Positions 11,640 to 27,624 are shown, counted from the first letter of the stretch. The stretch is 64,000 nt of DNA from Eledone cirrhosa (GCA_964016885.1 OZ024744.1:14198001-14262000), one strand, 5' to 3'. The notes: generated by a model not told the origin, from the letters alone. Made by a program: numbers and translations.

Positions 11640-14600
11640 TCCATTGAGAATATCGTCTTTGACAAACTGCTCAGTTGCTCGTATGTGTGCGCGCTGAATT
11701 CTGATCTTTCCGCTGGGAACAACCCCTTGCCCCCCCCCCTCTTTTTTTGTACATCCATCCATTCACTCATTCATTTACTGCCATTCTACCTGCCTGTGTC
11801 TCCCCCTCCATGCAGCCCCTTTTCGCTCTCGTTTTCTGGCACCTCCATATATATATGTGAGCTATGCTGCCCTCTTACCAGCACTTTCCCTTCCAACCAC
11901 ACACACCAGCCACCCACCCCTGATGCCGCTCGGTGCCCCAGTCCCCGGCCCCACGCCCCACCCCACCCTCCAAATCGATACCTGCAGCACTTGCGGCACT
12001 ACTAACAAACGGAAGAGGGGCCGGAACTGTTTGGGGTGCGGCTGCTTCCACCAACTCACCTGCGTTGGCTTGACTCGTGAAGCTTCCAATGCCCTCGCAG
12101 CGTGGAGGTGCAGGAGCTGCCTCTACCCCACGTCTTCCCAGCCACGGCCGTCTGGCACACCACCAGATGGGACAGCGAGCTTGACTGACGCCCGAGCCTC
12201 GCTGGTCAACATCGCTGGGCTCAGGCGGCTCCGGAAGATCCCACTCAGGATCCCGAGAACGGCACGGGTGCCGGTAGCCGATGCCCTCGCTTCCTCGATT
12301 GAGAGCGCCCTGGACTCCAATCGAACCAGTGACTTGGAGCGGCTGTTCTATTTCGCCCCACTCACCCTCGGCCTCTCCAGCTCTGGCGCAGACCGGGGCT
12401 GCCGGTCAACAGCAGCCTTCGTCAAGGCCAATGTCTCGTCATTTGGGCGAGCGCCCATTCCAAGCGTGCCCAGGGACGCCACACACCCCACTCTCAGGTA
12501 CCCCCTATCCTCCACCCCCGAGGCCAGCGCCAAGCGTTTGCGTGACCAGGTAAACGCAAAGTTTATCATGGGTGATGACTCGGCCGCAGTCAGAGTTGTT
12601 GCCTCAGAGGACACTGTCCTCCAACCCACCGAGGAGATCCTGGCTGCTCTGCGGCTCAAACACCCTGAGCCACCCACTGATCTCAGACCTATACCCCCAC
12701 CCGACCGCCACTTGCTCCTTGTGGCTACTGATGCAGATATCATGTCCGCCATCAGGTCCTTCCCAGCTAGCAGCTGTGGAGGTGTTGATGGTCTCCGACA
12801 AGACCACCTCAAGGAGTTGACATCCTCCCTCTCCGCTGAGGCTGGGCGCCGCCTTCTGAGTGCAATTGTGGCGCTCACCAATAGGCTAATTCATGGTGCC
12901 CTCGACCCTTACGCCCGAGGCCTCTTTTTTTCGGCCAGCCTCACCGCTCTCAGGAAGAAAGAGGGTAGCATACGCCTCATTGCTGTGGGCAAGGTCATCT
13001 GCAAGTCCGTCACACACGAACTGGGTGAGGAGTGTAGTCCGGTGCAACTGGGTGTCGGCGTGTCCGGTGGCTGTGAGGGAGCCACTGATTCAATGAGGCA
13101 GTTCTTCCACAGCTGCCCATCGGTACCGGCATCCAGGGACTTCAGGCACCTCATTGTCAAGCTTGACATGAGGAATGCCTTTAACTCTTTACGCCGGGAT
13201 CATCTGCTCGAGGCCTGCCTCAGCCGAGCCTCCTCTGCCTACCCGCTGGCCGACCTGTCATATGGAGCCCTGAGCATGCTGATACGGTCATACTCTCGGC
13301 TACTGGGGTCCAACAGGGCGACCCTTTGGGACCCCTCCTGTTCGCCCTTGGTATTGACAACATCACCCGGAGTATCACGGCCCCTCTCAACGTTTGGTAT
13401 CTGGATGATGCTACGTTGGGCGGCCCCGTACGAACGGAGACCTTCAATCGGTGATTCCTGCCCTGGCGGGAATCGGCCTCCAGGTCAACTCAGCCAAGTC
13501 GGAGGTGGTGAACGTCAGCCTCGATGCTGTGAGCTTTGCAGCCTCCGTCTTGGACGTGCGGTCCATTCTCCGCCAGGTTCCGGTGACCCCCAAAGAGGAT
13601 GTCCTCATCCTCGAGTCACCGATCCACCCGCCCGCCATCCGCTCCACCATCAGGGCCAGGCTTCAACAGCTCCAGACTCTCACGAGCCGACTGGGCTTGA
13701 TTGACGGCCACCCAGCTCTCTTTCTGCTGAGGAACTGCTTCGCCATGCCGAAGCTCCTCTATACACTCCGCAGTGCTCCATGCTACACCCAGACATCTCT
13801 CCTCGCTGACCTCGATACTTGTATCCGAGCAGAAGCCGAGGGGATATGCAACGTCAAGTTTGACGACATAGGGTGGCAACAGGCCACTTTACCTGTCAGG
13901 TATGGCGGCCTAGGCCTCCGGTCCCCGATCTCACTATCATTCCCGGCGTATCTTTCGTAGGTAACCTCGTGCCGCGTCCTCGTCAGCAGGGTTCTTCAAA
14001 ACACAACAGAACCCTCTGTGTTCAGAGAACACGAGGCCGCCTGTGAGACGTGGGACCGGCCGGGACATAGCCCAGTAGACTCCCTCCTCCTTCTCCCCCT
14101 GTTGACGTCAAGACCCCCAACGCACTTGGGATGCCATCCAGAGCAGCCTGGCCTCAGACAGGCTCACGCGCCAGCTCGACCAGCACCGCCTTGCTTGTTT
14201 TCGTGCGGCCTCCATACCCCACAGTGGTGCCTGGCTCCATGCTCTGCCCTCCTTCTCCACTGGCACGCAGCTAGACAACCATAGCCTGCGAATCGGCGTT
14301 TCCCTGAGGCTCGGCCTCCGGATCTGCCAGCCACACCAATGTCGCTGCGGTTCCACCGTGGACTCTTTCGGCCTCCACCCGCTTTCCTGTCGCCACAGTC
14401 CCGGCCGCATTCCACGCAATACTGCCCTCAACGAGGTCATTAAGTATGGCTTGGACGCTGAAGGCTTCCCTTCCCAGCTCGAGCCGGTGGGGGTGGATCG
14501 AGGGAACGGCAAAAGGCCAGATGGCATGACCATCTTCCCGTTCCGCGGTGGAAAACCCCTCATCTGGGATGCTACTTGCACCGGCACTTTCTGCAGCCGC

Positions 14601-14950
14601 AACCCGGTGCAGTCTGAGACTGACCCAGGTTCTGCTGCACGTCGGGCTGAGGGGGCCAAACTCCTCAAATACCGGTCGCTCACCGACAGGTTTGCAGTCG
14701 TTCCCCTGGCAGTGGAAATTTCTGGTCTCCTCGGCCCCAGGGCTACCTCCTTATTCACCACCATAGGCGCTGAGCTGGCTAGCCGTATGTGTGAGCCCCG
14801 CGAGTTGGAGTGGCTTTTCCAGCGCGTCTCCCTTGCCGTCCTCCGGGGAAACGCCTTCTCCATTCTGTCCGCCGGGGCTGTGGGTGGGCCCCATCGCGTA
14901 CCATTACATTAGTTAAATACCATTCTTTCATCTCATACATATATATAAGT
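11640..14950 (+). mobile_element. Near full-length CRE-like (RLE) non-LTR retrotransposon with N-terminal PHD-like finger; ORF broken by frameshifts and a stop
   Basis: ORF from 11857: CSTC...CLGC-CFHQLTC...WRCRSC; RT motifs QLGVG, KLDMRNAFNS, GVQQGDPLGPLLF, WYLDD; GGLGL; CRC...HPLSC; RPDG...WDATC...PLAVE (RLE). Ends approximate. Confidence 0.9.
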
Positions 14951-16692
14951 TATGGTATAACTGAAGTCGTAGACTAAAATTCTAACTAGGAAACCGAATG
15001 ATTCTCGGCTTCAGAGTTAAGAATAAAGTAAATAAAATACAGAGGTAATTGAAATTAAACAGTAAAAGTCGAGACGTACCCAGAAAGGCGTCCAGGGGCC
15101 TAAAGAAATTCGGCCGTCCGGCTCCGGTAGGGGCGTAGACAGCCACCAGTCTAAAGGCACCACCTTCGCAACTGTTCACATTCAGGACCACCAACTTACC
15201 GTCCGGCTCCCGGAAGATCGACCTTACCTCAAGATCCAGGCCTTTCCTAAACAGCACTGTCATCCCACCTCCCATTCCCGGTCAACTAACAGATGCGAAG
15301 ATCTGATAGTCGTCGAAAATGAGGACTAGTGCGCGTGTGTCGGAAATCCTGGTCTCGCTGACGGCTATTATATCCATTTCAAGAGACCTGAGGTCGTTGA
15401 GCAGGCGGCCCTGCTTCCAGGGCGACCCCAGGCCACGAACATTTAAACTTCTTATTCTTAATATGGCCATGTTGGCAAGCCAAAAGAGAGAGAGGAAAGG
15501 CTTACTTACCTCCCGGGGTCTTCTGAAGGTCGGGTGGTTCGACTTCCATGGTTGGTGGGGTTTCTTTTGGGAACCACTTTAAAAATCTCGATGTGGGTTT
15601 CACGTTCGGGGTTCCTCCTTCCTGGGGAAAACTCTTGAATTCCTTTGTAGGATTCGAGTGACATTCCCACCAGAAATAAATCTTCTGGCACACGAAATGT
15701 ACTTAATTCAAAAATCTCCCTCTCTGTTTGTATTTCTTTACTTCATGCTAAGAGGGCCATAATTTCTCATTGGTCCTTCTGACAATCACGAACTTTTGTA
15801 TGTTTACTTGGTGTGGTTTTATTTGTTTTCATTTGGGTGACTGTGGTGGTGGTAGTTTTGTTGGTGTTGTTTCATGTATGTCTGTGTTTGTTGTAGGTGT
15901 GGTGTCTGCAATGTCAGGTGTCTGTGTGTTTATTTGTTCTTGTGTCTGTTTAGATTGTTTACATTTGGGGGATTGTGTGGATGGTGTTGGTGGTTGTGTT
16001 GTTGGGGAAGTGTTTACGTTGGTGGTGTCTGTATTTTTTGTTGTGGATGTTTTTGTGTTTTGTGGGAGTATTTACTTTGTGTATTTTCTCTTTAAATAAA
16101 AGATACATACTTTATATCATCACTATTTATTTCATTATATATATTCCGTGGATGCAAACATTTATATGTAACATAAATCAGACAAAATACATGAGATGTA
16201 TTGATTACATATCAATTAAGTCTTTAAATCATTGCTTATATATATATATATCAAGAGATGTCAACATGAATGGACCTGTTATTATCATCTAAAGACATTT
16301 TTTTTCCAATTCCATCCCGCCCGTCCCCTCAATCTATTATATATATATATGAGTGTGTGTGTCCATGCATGAATGAATACAGTAAGCCAGTGACTCTAAC
16401 TGTCAGCGATATCATATATTTTGGTTTCTATTAATTCCTTGGGCTATTGTTTGACCAAATGCTTTACTTATTTGTTTATTCAAAATAAAAATTTATTCTT
16501 TCTCTGAGACATTTTTTAAAAGATATTTTTTGAAAGCAAAGCATTGGCCCCTCAAATATTACAGTGGACATCTACAATGCTACTGTGGGCCCCCTGGAGC
16601 CCAGTTGCCATTGGGCAACCTGGCCAGTCTGCCACTGTATATGTATATGTGTCTGTGTGAGTGCATGTAGAAGTGTGTACGTATAAATATAT

Positions 16693-16991
<299 letters not shown>

Positions 16992-17031
16992 GATATTAAA
17001 TAAATGGAAACTATATTTATAAAACCATAGT

Positions 17032-17097
17032 TATTTCATTATATATATTTCAGGGATATCATATTAAAAATATGTTATGCCTTCTTCAGACAAAATA
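17032..17097 (-). ncRNA. Minimal type I hammerhead ribozyme
   Basis: TATTTTGT-CTGAAGA-AGGcATA...TATcCCT-GAAA-TATATA-TA-ATGAAATA; related to the 36858-37394 family. Confidence 0.75.
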
Positions 17098-17261
17098 CAA
17101 TATAAACAGTCTTATAAATAGATAGATTCGACATACCTTTCAACTTCGACTTCTATTTGAAAAGTTGATTTGGTAGTCTAAAAGTTGATTTGGTATATAT
17201 ATATATATATTGGTAAACGGAATAGAAAATGCTGACAAATTGTTCACAGTTGAAAAATGGT

Positions 17262-20068
<2,807 letters not shown>

Positions 20069-20096
20069 CATATACACACACACACACATATATATA

Positions 20097-20507
20097 TAAT
20101 ACAATATGTAGAGAAGACAACACACTAGAGAGAGATAGTGCGCCATCAATCAAACAGGGAAAAACCACCAGTGTATGGAATCTAAAACCCATGGAAGGCA
20201 GAGTAGACACACAATAATTAAAAGTATAAATTAAAGTGTAAATACATACCTCGATAACTATCTAACACACACGTACAAATCCAAAAGATCTGTTTCGCCA
20301 AATAAGTTGACAGAAAAGATTAGCCCATGGTTCATCAGCGTGTGTAAGGCTATACATTTCAGACAACTCTAAGAGAATCTAAAGCGACCGTCCAGCCACA
20401 AGTGGTAGAGAGAAATTCACAGCGTGCCTAGGGCAGTAACCCGTGGACTCTGAGGGACGAGCTGCTAGAAAGGGCAGCCCAAACCACTCAGAGAAGTGTG
20501 CTCAACC

Positions 20508-20545
<38 letters not shown>

Positions 20546-20722
20546 GTGTTATAAGGTGCGAAATATCACGATAAATTAACGGAGCCATAGACTCTCGCCA
20601 TTCCCTGTCAGTAATGTGCTCAAAGGAGAAGGAATCCTGAGCCCTTTATAATACAATATGTAGAGAAGATAACACACCAGAGAGAGGGAGATGGTGCGCT
20701 ATCAGTCAAACAGGGAAAAACC

Positions 20723-20725
<3 letters not shown>
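20097..20725 (-). mobile_element. About 550-bp HHR-containing unit with terminal direct repeat (pLTR/retrozyme-like)
   Basis: TAATACAATATGTAGAGAAGA...CAAACAGGGAAAAA at 20097 and 20649; no ORF; flanked by (TA)n. Confidence 0.6.
20265..20346 (-). ncRNA. Type I hammerhead ribozyme with full stem III
   Basis: TACACACG-CTGATGA-aCCA..TGGc-GAAA-CAGATCT ttt GGATTTG-TA-CGTGTGTG; first stem II pair is an A.C mismatch. Confidence 0.75.
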
Positions 20726-20810
<85 letters not shown>

Positions 20811-22082
20811 AGATCATAAGATGGTTAAAGGAGTTCCATGTATTTTATTATGCGCATTTCAAAAACAAACATCATCATGCAATAATATTTGTGTTTTCAT
20901 CAGATAAAACAGGAGAACATGATATGAAGGCAAAAAAACACTTGTGGATAGTGCAGTTTTAAATCAACATATGAAAAGTGGCTTTAGATTGATGTGTGAT
21001 ATTGGGAAAAATATTTTATTTAGAGAGGGGGGGGGAGGATGAAAAAGGGGAGGAGATGAGAGTGAAGGTGGAGAGGGAGAGATGGGTGATAGAGAGAAAG
21101 AGATAGTTTTTATAACTGAGAGAAGATATATTGTTTTACATAGAGAGGTTGAAAACCGTTGGAAGATAATGTATAAATTAAAAGAATTTGAAAATTAAAG
21201 AAGGGAAAAATATGTACGAGGAAAAAATATTTTATTTAGGGAGGGGGGTGGAAAGGATGAAAAAAGGGGAGGAGATGAGAGTGAAGGTGGAGAGGGAGAG
21301 ATGGGTGATAGAGAGAAAGAGATAGTTTTTATAACTGAGAAAAGATATATTGTTTTACATAGAGAGGTTGAGAACCGTTGGAAGATAATGTATAAATTAA
21401 AAGAATTTGAAAATTAACGAAGGGAAAAAAATGTACGAGGAAAGAGAGGGAGTTGATATGTATGAAGATAGAGAGAAAAAATATAATAATTGCGGATGAA
21501 TATTCTAACGTCAAAAGGTGTATGTTTATAAGTATTGTGGCAATTTCAAAATTAACGAAGAGAAAAAATTATTAAGGTTTGTGTGTAGAAGGATTTGAGA
21601 AAAATAATGTGAAGTTAAAGTTTGTATATTGAAGGAATTGATAATATGTGCGAAGAAAGGGTTAATATGTATTAAAAAATTATTAAGGTTTGTGTATTAG
21701 ATGATTTGAGAAACATAATGGGAAGTTAAGGTTTGTATATTGAAGGAATTGATAATATGTGCGAAGAAAGAGTTAATATGTATTAAGAATTAGTTCGTTG
21801 ATGGGGAGAAAAAAATAATAAATTAAGGATAAAATTGAGATTAAAAAGTTTTATGATAGAGAGAAAAAAATAATAATAATTGCGGATGAATATTCTAACG
21901 TCAAAAAAACAAATGTATAAGTTATGAAGGATTTTACAAGGTGAAGATGGAATGAGGGTAATGAGTAAACAAGTATTATAGAGTGTATAATGCCCTTTGA
22001 AGTAAGGTAGGAAAAGGGGTTTATTTTAAAGAGGTGTATATATATGTGCCTTTGAGAAAAGATTCTAAATTGATAAAGAATT

Positions 22083-22526
22083 AATAATCTCTCTAATTGC
22101 AACTGCCGCATTAAAAATAAATGTCCTCTCAACAACCATTGTCTTGATAAAAACTTAATTTATGAATGTAAAGTTATAACTAGCACCAATCCCTTCACCT
22201 ATTTTGGCTCCACTTCCACCTCTTTTAAAGCTCGTCTCTATAATCACCATTCATCTTTTAAATACAAACTTAAAAGAACCAACACGGCTCTCTCAGAACT
22301 CATATGGTCCTTGAAAGACAAAAACATTAAATATACCATCTTTTGGAAGAAGGTTTCTTCTGCGTCCTCATACTTGAACAGCTCTCTATCTAAAATCTGT
22401 AATCTCTGCCTAAATGAAAAATTTACCATTATCTCTAATCTAGATTCTATAATAAATAGACGTATAGATTTGTTTTCTATCTGCCTGCATAAATTCCATA
22501 GGACTTTTCACAAAGTATACAGCTAA
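22083..22526 (+). CDS. PLE GIY-YIG endonuclease domain (5'-truncated, open)
   Basis: CNCRIKNKCPLNNHCLDKNLIYECKV...TYFGSTSTSFKARLYNH...CNLCLNEK...CLHK. Confidence 0.9.
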   Translation, partial: NNLSNCNCRIKNKCPLNNHCLDKNLIYECKVITSTNPFTYFGSTSTSFKARLYNHHSSFKYKLKRTNTALSELIWSLKDKNIKYTIFWKKVSSASSYLNSSLSKICNLCLNEKFTIISNLDSIINRRIDLFSICLHKFHRTFHKVYS

Positions 22527-23478
22527 TATTCAATTCTTTATCAATTTAGAATCTTTTCTCAAAGGCACATATATATACACCTCTTTAAAATAAACCCCTT
22601 TTCCTACCTTACTTCAAAGGGCATTATACACTCTATAATACTTGTTTACTCATTACCCTCATTCCATCTTCACCTTGTAAAATCCTTCATAACATATACA
22701 TTTGTTTTTTGACGTTAGAATATTCATCCGCAATTATTATTATTTTTTCTCTCTATCATAAAACTTTTTAATCTCAATTTCATCCTTAATTTATTATTTT
22801 TTTCTCCCCATCAACGAACTCATTCTTAATACATATTAACCTTTTCTTCGCACATATTATCAATTCCTTCAATATACAAACCTTAACTTCCCATTATTTT
22901 TCTCAAATCATCTAATACACAAACCTTAATAATTTTTTAATACATATTAACTCTTTCTTCGCACATATTATCAATTCCTTCAATATACAAACTTTAACTT
23001 CACATTATTTTTCTCAAATCCTTCTACACACAAACCTTAATAATTTTTTCTCTTCGTTAATTTTGAAATTGCCACAATACTTATAAACATACACCTTTTG
23101 ACGTTAGAATATTCATCAGCAATTATTATTTTTTCTCTCTATCTTCATACATATCAACTCCCTCTCTTTCCTCGTACATTTTTTTCCCTTCGTTAATTTT
23201 CAAATTCTTTTAATTTATACATTATCTTCCAACGGTTCTCAACCTCTCTATGTAAAACAATATATCTTTTCTCAGTTATAAAAACTATCTCTTTCTCTCT
23301 ATCACCCATCTCTCCCTCTCCACCTTCACTCTCATCTCCTCCCCTTTTTCATCCTTCCCCCCCTCTCTAAATAAAATATTTTTCCCGATATCACACATCA
23401 ATCTAAAACCACTTTTCATATGTTGATTTAAAACTGCACTATCCACAAGTGTTTTTTAGCCTTCATATCATGTTCTCC

Positions 23479-23549
23479 TGTTTTATCTGATGAAAACACA
23501 AATATTATTGCATGATGATGTTTGTTTTTGAAATGCGCATAATAAAATA
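23479..23549 (+). ncRNA. Minimal type I hammerhead ribozyme (mirror 20841-20911 minus)
   Basis: TGTTTTAT-CTGATGA-long stem II-GAAA-TGCGCA(palindromic)-TA-ATAAAATA. Confidence 0.9.
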
Positions 23550-23672
23550 CATGGAACTCCTTTAACCATCTTTTGATCTTATATATTATGTATACTCCAG
23601 TCCTACAAACTGTAGAGTGCTTCTTATCCGATATCTGCATTGCTTTATTGTACTACAATAAAACTCACCTCC

Positions 23673-23757
<85 letters not shown>

Positions 23758-23889
23758 GTGAGGTTTTTTTTACAAATTGAAAAATAACCGAGGTATCCTA
23801 CACGAGTGAAAGTATAAAGAAAAAGAGATGAAATCGAAAATGCAACTGGAGTCTTATTTTTAAAAATATATATATATATTTATTTGGTT

Positions 23890-23927
23890 CCTTTACCGGT
23901 TTCGCAGTTCTTCTGCTTTTCAAAAGG
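23890..23927 (-). ncRNA. Hammerhead-like fold with variant core (family copy at about 4055-4075 plus)
   Basis: CCTT-TTGAAAA-GCAG aagaa CTGC-GAAA-CCGG-TA-AAGG; all stems pair but the core differs from CTGANGA at 2 positions. Confidence 0.5.
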
Positions 23928-23970
23928 TGAGTTGAGATGGAGGGTCTGTGGTTTTTCTCACACACACACA

Positions 23971-24075
<105 letters not shown>

Positions 24076-24220
24076 TAAAGAGTTAAACAATATTCAATGA
24101 GTATGTCAAAGAATCAGTTTTACAGTAGATTGGAAGCACTCTATGGAAAAAATAATTTTCCAGAGTTATTAATATTAAAATACAAATATTAATAAAATAG
24201 ATGTTCTTTTTATCAATTAC

Positions 24221-24273
24221 ATTTTATTATACATATTTCGGAAGTACAACAGTACGTCCTCATCAGACAAAAT
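24221..24273 (-). ncRNA. Minimal type I hammerhead ribozyme in a probable pLTR (about 24080-25480)
   Basis: ATTTTGT-CTGATGA-GGAcGTAC tgtt GTACtTCC-GAAA-TATGTA-TA-ATAAAAT; bulged hairpin downstream at 24138-24166. Confidence 0.85.
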
Positions 24274-24886
24274 ATAATGATACATGACATACCCTGAGAT
24301 GTTAAATGGTTAAGATTTAATCAAGGTAGTGATTAACCTAAGCGAAAGTTTAACATTTATACCCTAATAATGAGAAAATGCGAAAGCGTAATAAATTCAA
24401 TAGAGAATGTGTGAGTAAGAAAAACGTTGCTTAATGTGACAGCTATAGAGATTTTAAAATGTATGATACTACAATTTATCAATGAAAGCGGTCAATGAGA
24501 GCCGCTGAGGTAATATATATATTGAGAGAGGGAATATATGTAGAAGGAGATTTTCCGAAAGTTAAACGGTTAAGTTTGAAAATATTTAATTTATGCTATT
24601 TTAGGGTGAAGAGTCAAGATTTTAGGGTTTTTTTTAAATTGCAGGTTATTTATTAGTTTTGTAAATTCAATAAGTGTTTTAACATTTCTAAACTTCAGAA
24701 TTTTATTTTAAAGGATTTAGCTGGCCAGCGGAAAATAAAGTTTACACTGTCGAATATTTTTCTAAATGTAAATTTTACCGGAGATATTCATTGTCAACAT
24801 ATATAGTATGTAAATCTTATGAAGTATTTATTGTTAGAAATATTTAAATAACTATTATGTATACATACATACACACACACACACAC

Positions 24887-24934
<48 letters not shown>

Positions 24935-25482
24935 TAATGAGCCTGTATATTTTAGGTAAATGATAACGAAAATAAATATAAAAATAAGATAATAGATTTA
25001 GGCATGCTAAAGTTAAATATATACGTATATATAGTTCAAAATAAATGATAATCAATAAATTTAACTAAAAATTATGTATAGAATGATATATGGAGGTTTA
25101 TATGGATATAAATTAGGTATTATTGATATAAATTAGGTATTATTGATACAGTATACTTTAGGTAAATGATAACAGTTATAATTTTATATAATAAGGTTCG
25201 AAACGTGTTATAGTTAAATATATATATATATATAAGAAAAGCAAGGAAAGTTTACACTGTTGAATATTTTCCTAAATATAAACTTATGGTATGTAAATCT
25301 TATGAAGTACTTATTGTTAGAAATATTTAATTAACGATTATGTATATATATATTTATTAATGAGCCAGTATATTTTAGGTAAATGATAACGAAAAAAATA
25401 TAATAGATTGAGGCATGCTAAAGTTAAATATATACCAATATAACAGGGTGTAAATGCATTAATTATTCATAGTTCGAAATAA

Positions 25483-25671
25483 ATAATTGTTTCTACTTTA
25501 GGCACAAGGCCAGCAATTATCCAGTGCATTACTGGTACTTTATTTTATCGACCCCGTAAGGATGAAAGGCAAAGTCAACCTCGGCGGGATTTGAACTCAG
25601 ATCGTAAAGGGTCGTAACTATGCTGGAAAGCATGGCGTCCGACCCTCTACTGATACTGCCAATCCACCGCC
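25483..25671 (-). mobile_element. Full-length tRNA-derived SINE
   Basis: Box A-like TGGCAGTATCAG and box B GAGTTCAAATCC, family body, A/T-rich tail; at least 9 copies in the window. Confidence 0.9.
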
Positions 25672-26200
25672 CTAGTTCGAAATAAATCATTAAAAAAAAA
25701 CACATGAAAAATTCAGTTAGAAATAAGTTCCATAAAAATGTATGGGTTAGATATTAAACTAAAATTTAAACCTTAGATAGGAAGATAAAGATAGAGAAAT
25801 ACAGAAATAATGGTATGGATCAAAATTAATAATTATAATATTATGTTATGTATATCAATGTTCCGGCATGTTATTGAACAAGTGTTTTTCATTCAAGCGT
25901 TATTTCTTCTAGAGATAGATTATAAGATAATGCAATATTAAGGGCCATTAATGTTTTTCCCTGTTGATTATATACGTCTGACAACCAAGTTTTTAATGGC
26001 TAAGTGTTTCTCTCTCTTTTTTTCTCGTTTTGTGGGAGGCTAAGAATGTGAACGTAGCTTTGTGAGTTTACCGCAACTCCAGTATAAATAACTGCATACT
26101 CTGTACAATGGAGACCCTGTTTATTATTAATAACTATGAGACACTAATTAACAAAAAAAGTGAATTATTCTCTAGTTGCCTCCACACATATATATACATA

Positions 26201-26655
26201 TGGCATACGTCAAAACGGCCGGTCTCAAAAGTGAAACTAATTTTTGACAGTTACGTACACGTTATAAGAGTTATTTAAATTTATATATATAAAATAAAGG
26301 AGCAAATAAGAGCATGATATGAAGTCAGTCATGTGTGTGTATATATGTGTGTGTGTGTGTGTGTAAAAGAATGTAAAAGTACACACACATATACACTTAT
26401 ATATGCACACATACACACTATAATATATACACGTGTGTGTGTATATATGTGTGTGTGTGTAAAATTCTAGGAAACCTTATCTATGCCCTACATATATTCT
26501 TTTACATTCGTTTACGCACACACATGACTGACTTCATATCATGCTCTTATTTGCTCCTTTATTTTATATATATAAATTTAAATAACTCTTATAACGTGTA
26601 CGTAACTGTCAAAAATTAGTTTCACTTTTGAGACCGGCCGTTTTGACGTATGCCT
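26201..26655. mobile_element. MITE with about 135-bp TIRs (Tc1/mariner-like; relative at 48667-49239)
   Basis: TIR GGCATACGTCAAAACGGCCGGTCTCAAAAGTGAAACTAATTTT; microsatellite-rich centre; TA context. Confidence 0.75.
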
Positions 26656-26667
26656 ATACATATATAT

Positions 26668-27624
26668 ACTAGACATGAAAAATGCGCAAGCTCAAAAGTG
26701 CCACAGAATGTTATAATAAACCTTCAAAAGTGTGGGACTAGAGTTGTTGCTAAAAAATATTGTAATCATTATATATCGTACATTCTGTGGCATCCTTTAT
26801 AAAAATAGCTTAAACCAACGAAGCCTTTATTTTTACGCTATTTCACTTAGTTAATTCTTAGAGTGTAACATATAAAAATATGATTTACAACTATAAAATA
26901 AATTAATTAATATAATAACAGAGCTGCGGAGCTGAAATTTAGGAAATAATGGAGTATCGGATCCTGAGTTGGAGCCAGTCAATTTTTAGCCGACTCCGCA
27001 GCCCTGTATAATACATTTTATATTAAAGTTATTAATAAACCTATTTTACACTGCATGCAAATTACCATGAGATATTGATATTAGATATAAGATACAGCGC
27101 AATATCTACAGCTGTAAAAGTACGAAAGCGAAGTAATAATAAGTGGCTTAAGGTAATTCCAATATGAAAGTTTGTAGTGATAAAAATTTGATAATGCAAT
27201 ACGATTGTTAATATTATAGTTCTATGAAAATGTAACAATAGATAACTAAATTATTTTACTATTAGTATATTTAAGAAATTATCATTATAGATTTGATCGT
27301 TCATATAAGCATCATATTAATTTTCAACACAATTATTTTGTTACTATGAGTATATGATAATAATATTACGTAATTATTTATAGCTGTTATTACATTAAAC
27401 ATAGATGTATTTATTTTTATATGTTACACTCTAAGAATTAACTAAGTGAAATAGCGTAAAAATAAAGGCTTCGTTGGTTTAAGCTATTTTTATAAAGGAT
27501 GCCACAGAATGTACGATATATAATGATTACAATATTTTTTAGCAACAACTCTAGTCCCACACTTTTGAAGGTTTATTATAACATTCTGTGGCACTTTTGA
27601 GCTTGCGCATTTTTCATGTCTAGT
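26668..27624. mobile_element. Foldback/MITE with about 213-bp near-perfect TIRs, superfamily unknown
   Basis: 26668-26880 is the reverse complement of 27412-27624; no ORF or HHR seen. Confidence 0.8.
26919..27006. mobile_element. Tiny hAT-like MITE nested in the foldback element
   Basis: TIRs CAGAGCTGCGGAG / CTCCGCAGCCCTG; 8-bp TSD TATAATAA/TATAATAC. Confidence 0.75.

Larger units (their letters stand above)
9229..15700 (-). mobile_element. Tx1/L1-like non-LTR retrotransposon, RT deleted, interrupted at about 10985-15060
   Basis: APE endonuclease start SLNVRGL/AVSETR (15470), VYAP, WN-ILD, SDH, GPGYWNLN (10325-10980); C-terminal zinc finger CPKC--SNETILHALVQC (9576-10118); AATAAA and (TTA)n tail at 9229-9258. 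Confidence 0.85.
20801..23677 (+). mobile_element. 5'-truncated Penelope-like element with about 1.05-kb inverted arms
   Basis: Arms 20801-22082 (with internal ~215-bp duplication) and 22527-23589 flank a GIY-YIG ORF; HHR in each arm; tail 23590-23677 on the right only; (TA)n flanks. Confidence 0.92.

Noticed and set aside
11862-14863. Overlapping and antisense ORFs in the GC-rich element
   Set aside because: Shadow frames of the CRE-like ORF.
15502-16099. ORF1 of the Tx1-like element
   Set aside because: Position fits, but only short low-complexity frames without a recognisable motif.
25590-25671. tRNA gene (A and B boxes)
   Set aside because: No cloverleaf; the head of a multi-copy SINE.
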